NCBI GenBank assembly: GCA_002104905.1
Contig: MCFE01000113.1
Span: 102,295 to 166,294, forward strand
Direction of reading: 5' to 3'
DNA length: 64,000 nt
Source: Basidiobolus meristosporus CBS 931.73
Taxonomy: Eukaryota; Fungi; Basidiobolomycota
The notes under the pieces are model-generated. The model was not told the DNA's origin, made no database searches, and saw only the letters and a program-made list of their open reading frames with translations. How positions within the stretch are numbered: position 1 is the stretch's first letter; each line of letters starts with the position of its first letter. Position numbers and translations under genes: made by a program. Below are positions 1 to 11,065 of the stretch, piece by piece.

Positions 1-3000
1 AAATGCATTGCTCCCAGTGGAAAGCTTTTGCTCCAACAGATACCCTCTATCTTAAGTATCTCCGGTTTCCAATTGATTCCATATTCCTGCCAATGGCTTA
101 TAGCTTGCCAACTTTGCTGCAATTGCATGCTTACTTCTGTATGTTCTCTCTGTGGAAAGATGATGTTCTTAGTGCTGGTGTTTGGGTAATAATAATGTGT
201 GTGAGTTATGGAGTAAATCCCTTGGATCTCACACATTTGACAGCAATACCATCCATTGTGCCCGGAAAAACCTGCTATCTTGCTGATGGCTGGGGTATCT
301 CCAATGCAGATAGTAATATGCGCTTTTACATGACAGCCATTCACCATTATCACACTGGAAAGCATACAAAATTCATTCAGCAATGGGTACAGGTAGCTAT
401 CCAGGTTGGACGGTGATTTAGGCCCAGATACCAGCAAGACTACCATCAGAGTATTGCTCTGATACTGTAAGATGGGCGGCAGATTCAGTTTGATGAGAAT
501 TGGTGGCCAGCAGGATTTGCTGGTAGAGTACTTGTTTAATGAGAATCCATCAAGTGTTAAAGCAAAGGCATGGTCATACATACCTTCAAAGTAGCCCTTG
601 CTTCTTAGCTGTTTGTAATGCTTGCCATTGAATATATTGGATATGTTTGCACTTGATTGATACTCAATGCAGTACTGTATAGCTTTGCAATATTTGTTGG
701 ACTGCATCAGCTTCCTCAGACAGGGTATGACCGGAATATATCCGGAGTGTGAACAATGTTTTCTCTCAATGGTGGGGGATTCCTGACAATTTGGACATGT
801 TGCAATGGTAGCATTTTTGGATGCAAATGCCATGCAACTGTTAACACATGTTGGAATCAGGACAGTCTCTGGATAATTTGTTGCCAGCTGCATGACGGTT
901 GTCCACTTGTACCATGTACACGGTAAGTTGCATCCTGGTATGATCTTGGCAAGAAGTAGTAATATATCCTCAAAGCCCCCATTACTGATATTAGTGGAAA
1001 CGCGCCACTTCTCTAGCCACAACATCACATCATTCACCAGTAGATGGATTACTGGGCTTACTTGGCTCCATAAAGTATCCTTGGCATTTGTCTCAACGGG
1101 TGTTGTCCCATTGCATATAGGGATTTGACCGGGCTCATACATGGTACTGTTGTTAGGGGAGATAGGCTCAAAATCCATTAGTGAACCTTCTTTGTCAGAG
1201 CTATCACTCTGTGTGCCATATTCAGAAGGCTGAGGTGAGCCTAAAGGTGTCACAAACTCACCTGACTCAGTTTGCGCAAGGTGACAAAGATGGCCAGGTG
1301 CCAATATAGAAGTATCAACTGGCCGGCAAGATAATGTTGGTACAGTAGTGACCAATGAATGGTCAAATATGACTTGGGTGGCAAAACACTGGCGGTGATC
1401 CTTGTAATACTTCCTATGCTGTCTGCGTGCTTCATGGCTGAGAGGCTTGCCACAATAGCCACATGGTCTTTTTTCTCTTCTCTTACGGCATTGAGTCAAA
1501 GTAGTCTTGTCCATGGGGCAAACAGTTTGACTTTCAACAACGTAACACTATTATATCACTTTTTGGTCAATACTCATGTGAACTTAAGAAGTCTTGTATT
1601 TGAGACATTGCACCTACATGAATATAAGATTCAATGATGACCTTCCATAGTAAGCATTGTAAATAAAGTTGTGGCACCACATACACACGTATATGTAACA
1701 CTATTTCCCTTTTGGTTGACTCACTTCCATATATATGCCACCAAAAAATAAAGCAAAGTTGTCTGGTTCTCAACCAAACCCCACCGCTAATGGCAACAGA
1801 AGAATGGGTGGACAACAGCTTGCTTTGACATTCAGTGCAACAAGTGGGGCTACATCCAAAAAAGGCCCTGTGGACAGTGTGCCCATTGAAGGTAATAATG
1901 CGGACTCCTCAGGCTCTCAGTCAAGTAGGCAATTGAGAACCTCTGCGGAGCCACAAGCTGACCATTATGCTCAGGCAGATGAGAATGTAGCAAACGCAGT
2001 ACCCTCTGTGGAAGATCAGCAAGTGGCCATGATAACATCACCACCACCCATATTAGCAAGTATGTTGTCAGCTCATGCCAAAGCATTAATGAGCAATTAG
2101 GTGCAGTGGCTGATAGGATAGATGCAATGCCCCAGAGAAATCAGGAAGTAGTCCAGAAACAGAATGAGCAGATAATACATGTAGAGAAATCAGGAAGTAG
2201 TCCAGAAACAGAATGAGCAGATAATATGTGTAGAGCAATCAATATCCCAGGTAGAGAAAGAGTATCTTTGCTGCAACAATGGAACTCAAGTAGCTCAATG
2301 TCACAGCCAAGAATTGAGCCATTTCCTGATGGAACAGCAGAGGAATACCGTACTGTCTTTGAAGCATAACAACAGTGCCCAAAGATAAAGCCCACAGAAA
2401 AACCTATCACAGCATGGGAGGGAGACAATGTGGTGTTTATACCAAAGCCTAAAAATCAAAAGACATTGAAGATCTGCAAAGCCATTGAATGCAATCATGA
2501 AGAGTGGGCTAATATACAAGAGGCCGTCAGAAGTCTAGCATGCCATCACCTTAAGGCCGGCACACCATGGGACCATCAGGAACTCAAGGCCAAGCAGAAT
2601 GCACTTGACTTGTTCCATGAGCATTATCCTGGATTCAAACAGGCAAACAGATTTTGGGCCAGCATTGGTATGCTAAGAAAGTATCTTAAGAATAGCTGAA
2701 ACTATCAAAGGCAGAAGAACAAGGGTGCCATGGCTAAAAACCAGCAGCTTCCTCAAGAGCACGTTACAAGCAGGGCCAAAAGCTCCATACAAGCATCAAA
2801 GAGATGTCAGGCAGCTGGAAGAGTGCCAATTAAGAACAAGCAGGCAGACATGAATGCACCAGCACAAGATTTATCAAGGAAAAAGCGTAGTACCACTCAA
2901 GAAGCACCCAGTCAAAGTAGCAGTGAAGGACCTGGCAGTGATAAAAACCAGCCACTTTTACAGGAGCCTGTCACAACTACGGTTGAGAGCTCAAAACAAG

Positions 3001-4266
3001 CTGAAAAGAAACATCAGGTTGCCAGAAGAGTGCCAGCAAGTGACAAGCAGGCCAAAACAGATGCATCAGAGCAGAATTTATCTAGGAGAAAATGTAGTTC
3101 TTTACAAAAAGCACTCAGACAAAGTAGCAGTGAAAGACCTGGCAGTGATAAAGGAAAAGGTAAAGGGAAAAATGTCTACCCAAGCCTGAGACAGGGAGGC
3201 ATGCAAAAAAAACTGCAGTTCTTGCCAATTAATGCCGCAAGCCAGGAACAGACTGAATCCCATCATAGCCAAGAAGAGTTACCAACAAGAAAACAGCTGT
3301 CTTCACAAGAGTGAGAAGCACAGCCAGTTGAGCTACACTCCAGCAAGGTAGATGAGTTTGCTGAAAAAGGCAATTTGTCTACCACAGCCTCCACTGCCTC
3401 CATTGTTGACAGAGTGGAGATCCCACTGACAGACAAGGCTACAATGTCAAGAGCTCAAAAGACTATCACAATGCCTTCAGTGGAGTTTTGGAACATTAAT
3501 AGGTGCACCAAGAGGTTCCAGCACTTCTTCAAGAGCAGTGCTCCAGAAAACGCACTGGAATATTGCAAGGATTTATTGCAAAGACTAGCAGATGAAGAGC
3601 TAGACCTTGCAGTGCCAGTTGAAGACCAGGATGTGTGGGAACCAGTGAATGAACAGTGGCATAAAGCCGTTGGGTTCCCGCCAAAGTTGTGGCACCAGAG
3701 CCGGCTGAAGACCAAGACATATGGGAGCCAGCAAATGAAAAAAGGCATAAAGCTGTATGGTTCCTGCCAAAGTTGTGGAAATACAGCATTACAGCAGAAA
3801 TACTTATTGAGTGGTGGATTTTAATGGAGTTACTTGTTGAGTGTGGGGTTGGGCTTAATGTTAGTGTAGGGTATAGAAACTTGTATAGGTCAATACAATT
3901 GGCAATTGAGGTACAACTGAAGTTTTAATGGAAATAAATCAATTTGTACGCATGAAAAGTAAGAGAAACGGCTGAGTCAGGAAGTAAGGAGTGTGAAAAA
4001 GAGGCAATAGCCAATCAATTCACACAAACATAGGAGGCATTAGAGTGTCCAGGATCAGAAAGTGAGCAAATTGGCAGGGAACCAATCAAAAGCCACTTAA
4101 CATTGTTGTGATGAAGAATTTTGACAAAGTTTTTTGTGAAATCTGGGGTGCAATTTTTTTCAACGGTCTCTTGATGGAGTCCTGACAAGATCAGTACCTC
4201 TCAGTCACAGGACATTAACTTTGTGACGGCCTTTTGACGGGATCATCTCAATAGTTTTTCATAGGG
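1..4266 (-). mobile_element. CACTA/En-Spm (CMC)-type DNA transposon, copy A (cut by window start; degenerate)
   Basis: Reverse-complement match to copy B (4520-9150). Ends in ...TAGTTTTTCATAGGG (TIR CCCTATGAAAAA). Transposase fragments on - strand (1-~1250) and ORF2 on + strand. Confidence 0.85.
1735..3824 (+). pseudogene. ORF2 (accessory protein) of CACTA-type element copy A, broken by stops/frameshifts
   Basis: ORF pieces 1735-2100, 2430-2699, 2730-3314 and 3375-3824 are collinear with the - strand pieces in copy B. Core FHEHYPGFKQANRFWASIGMLRKYLKNS; internal 207-nt repeat. Confidence 0.7.
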
Positions 4267-4519
4267 TTTGCTCTATCTGGCTTATAGTATAAGCTATAGT
4301 CAGCATGACTCCTTTTGAAACTCCAGGATTCCAAACAAAAATCTATCTTGCAATTCCTGGCTCATTGATAGTTTGATACCATATAAAGATTCTTTAAACT
4401 TGAAGACCAAATGGGGGTTATCTTGGTCAACAAACACATCAGGCTGGTCCATATACACCTTCTCATCAAGTTTTCCATTCAAAAATGCAGTGTTTACAAC
4501 TATTCAATGTATAAAATAT
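4267..4519 (-). mobile_element. Ty1/Copia RT relic (left part; continues at 10757-11065)
   Basis: Translates to NGKLDEKVYMDQPDVFVDQDNPHLVFKFKESLYG and matches the Copia at 15840-16090. Interrupted by CACTA copies A and B. Confidence 0.85.
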
Positions 4520-4970
4520 CCCTATAAAAAATTATTGAGATGATCCCGTCAAAAGGCCATCACAAAGTTAATGTCCCATGACTGAGAGGTACTGATCTTG
4601 TCAGGACACTGTCCAGAGACCGTTGAAAAATAATTGCACCCCAGATTTCACAAAAAACTTTGTCAAAATTTTTCATCACAACAATGTATAAGTGGCTTTT
4701 GATTGGTTCCCTGCCAATTTGCTCACTTTCTGATCCTGGACACTCTATTGCCTCCTATGTTTGTGTGAAATGATTGGCTATTTACTCTTTTTCACATTCC
4801 TTACTTCCTGACTCAACCATTTCTCTTACTTTTCATGCATACAATTTGATTTATTTCTGTCAAAACTTCAATAGTACCTCAATTGCCAATTGTATTGACC
4901 TATACAAGTCTCTATACCCTACACTAACATTAAGCCCAACCTCACACTCAACAAGTAACTCCATTAAAAT

Positions 4971-6920
4971 CTACCACTCAATAAGTATTTCTGCTGTAAT
5001 GCTCTGGTTCCACAACTTTGGCAGGAACCCAACATCTTTATGCCATTGTTCATTCACTGGTTCCCACATGTCCTGGTGTTCAGCCAGCACTGCAAGGTCT
5101 AGCTCCTCATCTGCCAGTCTTTGCAATAAACCCTTGCAACATTCCAGTGCATTTTCTTGAGCACAGCTCTTGAAGAAGTGCTGCAACCTCTTGGTGTGCC
5201 TATTAATGTTCCAAAACTCCACCAAAGGTATTGTGATAGTCTTTTGCGCTCTTGACATTGCAGCCTTGTCTATCAGTGGGATCTCCACACTGTCAACAAT
5301 GGAGGCGGTGGAGGCTGTGGTAGACAAATTTCCTTTTTCAGCAAACTCATCTACCTTGCTGGAGTGTAGCTCAACTGGCTGTGCTTCCACCTCTTGTGAA
5401 AACAGCTGTCTTCATGTTGGTAACTCTTCTTGGCTATGATGGGATTCAGTCTGTTCCTGGCTTGCGGCATTAATTGGCAAGAACCGCAGTTTTTTTTGCA
5501 TGCCTCCCTGTCTCAGGCTTGGGTGGACATTTTTCCCTTTACCCTTTCCGTTATTACTGCCAGGTCTTTCACTGCTACACTGTCTGAGTGCTTCTTGTAA
5601 AGAACTACATTTTCTCCTGGATAAAGTCTGCTCTGACACATCTGTTTTGGCCTGCTTGTCCCTTGCTGGCACTCTTCTGGCAACCTAATGTTTCTTTCCA
5701 GCCTATTTTGAGCTCTCAAGTGTGGTTGTGACAGGCCCCTGTAAAAGTGGCTGGTTTTTATCACTGCCAGGTCCTTCACTGCTACTTTCACTGGGTGCTT
5801 CTTGAGTGGTACTACACTTTTCCTTGATAAATGTTGTGCAGGTGCATCCATGTCTGTCTGCTGGTCCCTAATTGGCACTCTTCCAGCTGCCTGACATCTC
5901 TTTGATGCTTGTCTGGAGCTTTTGGCCCTGCTTGGAACAGGCACTTGAGGAAGCCGCTGGTTTTTAGCCATGGCACCCTTGTTCTTCTGCCTTTGATAGT
6001 TTCTGCTATTCTTAAGATACTTTCTTAGCATACCAATGCTGGCCCAAAATCTGTTTGCCTGTTTGAATCCAGGATAATGCTCATGGAACAAGTCAAGTGC
6101 ATTCTGCTCAGCCTTGAATTCCTGATGGTCCCATGGTATGCCAGCCTTAAGGTGATGGCATGCTAGACTTCTGAAGGCCTCTTGTATATTAGCCCACTCT
6201 TCATGATTGCATTCAATGACTTTGCAGATCTTCAATGTCTTTTGATTTTTAGGCTTTAATATAAACACCACATTGTCTCCATCCCATGCTGTGATAGGTT
6301 TTTCTGTGGGCTTTATCTTTGGGCACTGTTGTTGTGCCTCAATGACTGTACAGTGTTCCTCTGCTGTTACATTGGGAAATGGTTCAATTCTTGGCTGTCA
6401 CATTGAGCAACTTGAGTTCCTTCTTTGCAGCAAAGATACTGCTTTCTCTACCTGGGATATTGGTTGCTCTATACATATTATCTGCTCATCCTGTTTCTGG
6501 ACTACTTCCTGATTTCTCTGGGCCATTGCATCTATCCTATTAGCCACTGCACCTAGTTACTTCATTAATGCTTTGGTATGAGCTGACAACATACTTGCTA
6601 ATATGGGTGGAGGTGATGTTATCATGGCCACTTGCTGATCTTCAACAGAGGGTACTGCGTTTGCTACATTCTCATCTGCCTGAGCATAATGGTCAGCTTG
6701 TGGCTCTGCAGAGGTTCTCAATTGCCTACTTGACTGAGAGCCTGAGAGGTCTGCATTATTACCTTCAATGGGCAGACTGTCCACAGGGCTTTTTTGGATG
6801 TAGCCCTGCTTGTTGCACTGAATGTCAAAGCAAGCTGTTGTCCAACTGTACTTCTGTTGCTGTCAGCGGTGGGGTTTGGTTGAGAACCAGATGACTATGT
6901 TTTATTTTTTGGCAGCATAT
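4971..6920 (-). pseudogene. ORF2 of CACTA-type element copy B
   Basis: ORF pieces 6557-6784, 5513-6271, 5412-5672 and 4971-5390 are homologous to the copy A ORF2; opposite strand to the transposase. Confidence 0.7.
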
Positions 6921-7047
6921 ATCTGGAAGTGAGTCAAACCAAAGGGGAAATAGTATTACATATATATATGTATGTGGTGCCACTACTTTATTTATAATGC
7001 TGACTATGGTAGGTCATCATTGAATGTTACATGCATGTAGGTGCAAT

Positions 7048-7780
7048 AGACTTGTTCCGTTGGATAGTGCCACATTGAGCCATGAGTGCCAAATGATGCC
7101 ATAGTGTGCTAGGGAGGCCAAGTGAGCGTACACTTGGCCATAGAGTGTGAAACATAGATCTGCATTTTCATGCAAAGTAACCCCTATGTTTCACTCATTG
7201 TGATGGAGAAAATCCATTTGTTGACCTTTTTTTTAGGTCAATATTGTACAGGATGTGCAAGAGCACTAAAGGATTGAAGATAAACATCTGGTACTCAATA
7301 CCCATGGCATTCTGAATCTATCTCCTGTGGCTTGTAACATGTCACAAAAATGCATGGCACTATCTTGGTCCACTGGTACTATCTGGCACTATAAGTGCTT
7401 TGTATTGATCTTACTTTAGGGCTAATATTTAAATATAGTGCTGGATAGTACCAGTGGACCAAGATAGTGCCATGCATTTTTGTGGCATGTTACCAGCCAC
7501 AGGAGCTAGATTGAGAGTGCCATGAGTATTGAGTACCAGATGTTCATCTTCAATCCTTTAGTGCTCTTGCACATCCTGCACAATATTGATTCACAAAAAA
7601 ATGTCAAAAAATGAATTTTCTTCTGCATCATAGGTGAAACACAGGGGATGCTTTGCATGAAGATGCAGATCTATGTTTCACACTCTGTGGCCAAGTATAG
7701 GCTCACTTGGCCTCTCTGGCACACTATGGCATCATTTGGCACTCATGGCTCAATGTGGCACTATCCAATGGAACAAGTCT
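7048..7780. mobile_element. Foldback MITE (733 bp) with ~346-bp inverted arms and AAT target-site duplication
   Basis: AGACTTGTTCC...GGAACAAGTCT; arms 7048-7393 and 7434-7780. Copy A has the empty site TGCAATGTCTC; copy B reads TGCAAT-[insert]-AATGTCTC. Confidence 0.9.
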
Positions 7781-7789
7781 AATGTCTCA

Positions 7790-10300
7790 AATACAAGACT
7801 GTCTTAAGTTGACATGACTATTGACCAAAAAGTGATATAATAGCATTACGTTGTTGAAGGTCAAACTGTTTGCCCCATTGACAAGGCTACTTTGCCTCAA
7901 CACCGTAAGAGAAGAGAAAAAAGATCATTTGGCTATTGTGGCAAGCCTCTCTGCTGTGTAGCATGCAGACAGCATAGGAAGTATTACAAGGTTCACAGCA
8001 AGTGTTTTGCCACCCAAGTCATATTTGACCATTCATTGGTCACTACTGTGCCAACATTATCTTGCTGGCCAGTTGATACTTCTATACTGGCACCTGGCTG
8101 TCTTTGTCACCCTGCGCAAACTGAGTCAGGTGAGTTTGTGATGCCTTAAGGCTCACCTCAGCCTTCTGAATATGGCACACAGAGTGATAGCACTGACAAA
8201 GAAGGTTCACTGATGGATTTTGAGCCTATCTCCCCTCACAACAGTACCACCTATGAGCCTGGTCAAATCCCTGTATGCAATGAGACAACACCCATTGAAA
8301 CAAATGCCAAGGATACTTTATGGAGCCAAGTAAGCCCAGTAATCCATCTACTGGTAAATAATGTAATGTTGTGGCTAGAGAAGTGGCGCATTTCCACTAA
8401 TATCAGTAATGGGGGCTTTGAGGATTTAATACTACTTCTTGCCAAAATCATACCGGGATGCAACTTACCATGTACCATGGCAAACATTACAAACAGCTAA
8501 GAAGCAAGGGCTACTTTGAAGGTATGTATGACCATGCCTTTGCTTTAGCACTTGATGGATTCTCATTAAACAAGTACTCTACCAGCAAATCCTGGTGGCC
8601 ACTGATTCTCATCAATCTGAATCTGCTGCCCATCTTACAGTATCAGAGCAATAATTTGATGGTAGTCTCACTGGTATCTGGGCCTAAATCACCATCCAAC
8701 CTGGATAGCTACCTGTATCCATTGCTGAATGAATTTTGTATGCTTTCCAGCAGGATAATGGTAAATGGCAGTCATGTAAAAGTGCATATTATTATCTGTA
8801 TTGGAGATACCCCAGCCATCAGCAAGATAGCAGGTTTTTCCGGGCACAATGGATGGTATTGCTGTATATGTGTGAGATCCAGGGGATTTACTCTATAACT
8901 CACACATTATTATTACCCAAACACCAGCACTAAGAACATCATCTTTCCACAGAGAGAACATACAGAAGTAAGCATGCAATTGCAGCAAAGTTGGCAAGCT
9001 ATAAGCCATTGGCTGGAATATGGAATCAATTGGAAACCAGAGATACATAAGATAGAAGGTATCTGTTGGAGCAAAAGCTTTGCACTGGGAGCAATGCATT
9101 TGCTTTTCAACAATATCCTTATACTGATGACCTAGTTGTACATGGGGCATTTCAAGCTAAATGAGCCCTCCAAGATACCAGAGAAATTTGAAAAAATTGG
9201 CAAGATATTACAGAATATCTGCTACCCTAAGTACTTCTCACAGGCTCCAATTAATATTCATACGCATATGCAACAATACAAATGCAAAGACTGGATGAAC
9301 TGGATATGTATTTATTAAAGTGGTGTTCTGAAGCCATTCCTACCAAGAGTACATTGGAAGCATTGGGAGTCATATGTGGACATTGTAGGAATATTTATCT
9401 TGAAGCGGATCACCAATGCCAACTTGACGCATCAACAGCTGTTGGGTGAGGAGTTTGTGACGGGATTTGAGCGGCTATACTACAAACATAAAGCTGAACG
9501 TGTAGATCTCTGCTGCTACTCTATCCATTCTCTACTCCATCTTGCACGGTGTGTGGAGAATATTGGGCCTTGCTTCACCTTTTGGGAGTTTCCTATGGAG
9601 TGGATGTGTGGGGAGATAGGAAGACAAGTCAAGTCACAGGTACTACCATATCCCAATCTCATCAAGAATATTACCTTCAAGTCCATTATGGATGTGATGA
9701 GTTGGCACATGGAGGACAGCCAGAAAGAGTTGGAAAATACTGAGGACAAATGTGCACATGGAGACACCTATGCCTATGGCATTAAGAAGCTAAGCAGCCC
9801 CAATGTGTGGGTAATCAGTTAAGTAATGCAAAGTTGGTGGGGTGCAGCAAGCAACTAATTTTTATCAGGAAAACTCCACCAAGATATGCCGGATTTTTTG
9901 TGGTCACAAGCCAACTTCTGCACCATTCAATACAGAACTCACACAAACAAAAGCCAGAGCGCACCTATAAGGGGGACTAGAATCCAGCAGGGAGAAGGAA
10001 TATATTGGCTAAATACCAGGAAGTTCTTTGCCAATATTCAGGAGGTATTCATGGCAGAAGTGGCAACAACCAAGCATATGTTTTCAAGATGTATATGCTA
10101 CCAGCAGTACAAGGTATATGGCAACTTTGCAAGTATCACACTAAAAAGCCGTAAAGTTGAGGTGATAGAAGTATGTCAATTGCGGCAGGTGTGCGCATTT
10201 GTAGAGGTTAGTAAACAGGAGGCCATAGTTTTTTTTGATTCAGACTATATGGGGAATACCCAAGGTAGTAGTGGGTAAGCAAATAATGAAAGGTGATTCT
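7790..10300 (+). pseudogene. En-Spm/CACTA transposase (Transposase_21 + DUF4218-like), fragmented
   Basis: FALALDGF...WPLILINLNL...GPKSPSNLDSYLYPLLNEF...GDTPAISKIAGFSGHNG and FERLYY...IHSLLHL...GPCFTFWEFPME motifs; many stops/frameshifts. Confidence 0.85.
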
Positions 10301-10756
10301 ACAGTGGAATATATGAATTGCACAAGGGGAGGTAGAAAAAGGAAATACTATTTGGTGAATTGGTATGGTAGCATTATACAGAACCAGCGGCAGGCCGTCA
10401 TACTGCCCAGAAAAAGCCATCAGAGTCTTGCTGTGAGGCAATCAAAATACCGTCAAGTTTCTTGCCATATAAGGCAATTGGAAGTCCTGGCCAATTGGAT
10501 TCACTTAAAATAGTAATAGAGTGCTGAAACACTGCAACAATACCAAGCAAATATTGTCACAGCACCAATCAAAAATTGTCAAGTTTTATCCCTTTATTTG
10601 GCTGTAAAATTTGCAAAACACTGTCATGATCTTGTTATAAGATTTTCAGGAGGGTCACTAATTCCAAGCTGCTGTTATTATGATGGTCTCTATACGGGAT
10701 CTTGACGGATGATCTGGATTGGATCCACCTGTGGGACCAAATTATTTTTCATAGGG

Positions 10757-11065
10757 AATTATTTTTGACTGCAATAGCAAATATCAATCTGATGGAATTA
10801 AATTTGGCTACCAGTGCAAAGGTCTCAGTATAGTGAAGTCCTTTTGTTTGAGAGTATCCTTTGGCTGCAAGTAATGCTTTGTATTTTTTGACTGTACCAT
10901 CAGCCTGATACTTTGTCTTAAAGACCAATCTGCTTCCAATTAGTTCTTGGTTGGTTGATAATTTGACTAATTCCCAAGTTTGATTTTCCATTTGAGCCTG
11001 ATATTCCTCAGTCATTGCAGATCTCCAAAACTTCATCTGAAGGCTATATAGGGCTAACTTCATTT
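10757..11065 (-). mobile_element. Ty1/Copia RT relic (right part)
   Basis: WRSAMTEEYQAQMENQTWELVKL...YKALLAAKGYSQTKGLHYTETFA; continuous with 4267-4519 once copy B is removed. Confidence 0.85.

Larger units (their letters stand above)
4520..10756 (+). mobile_element. CACTA/En-Spm (CMC)-type DNA transposon, copy B, full length but degenerate
   Basis: TIRs CCCTATAAAAAATTATT (4520) and AATTATTTTTCATAGGG (10740-10756); subterminal TGACGG-like motifs; Transposase_21- and DUF4218-type fragments; flanks rejoin into one Copia RT sequence. Confidence 0.88.

Noticed and set aside
1-9150. Recent palindromic (breakage-fusion) duplication
   Set aside because: The arms differ by roughly 10% with indels, each ends in its own TIR at a different Copia position, and only one has the MITE. 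Independent insertions fit better.
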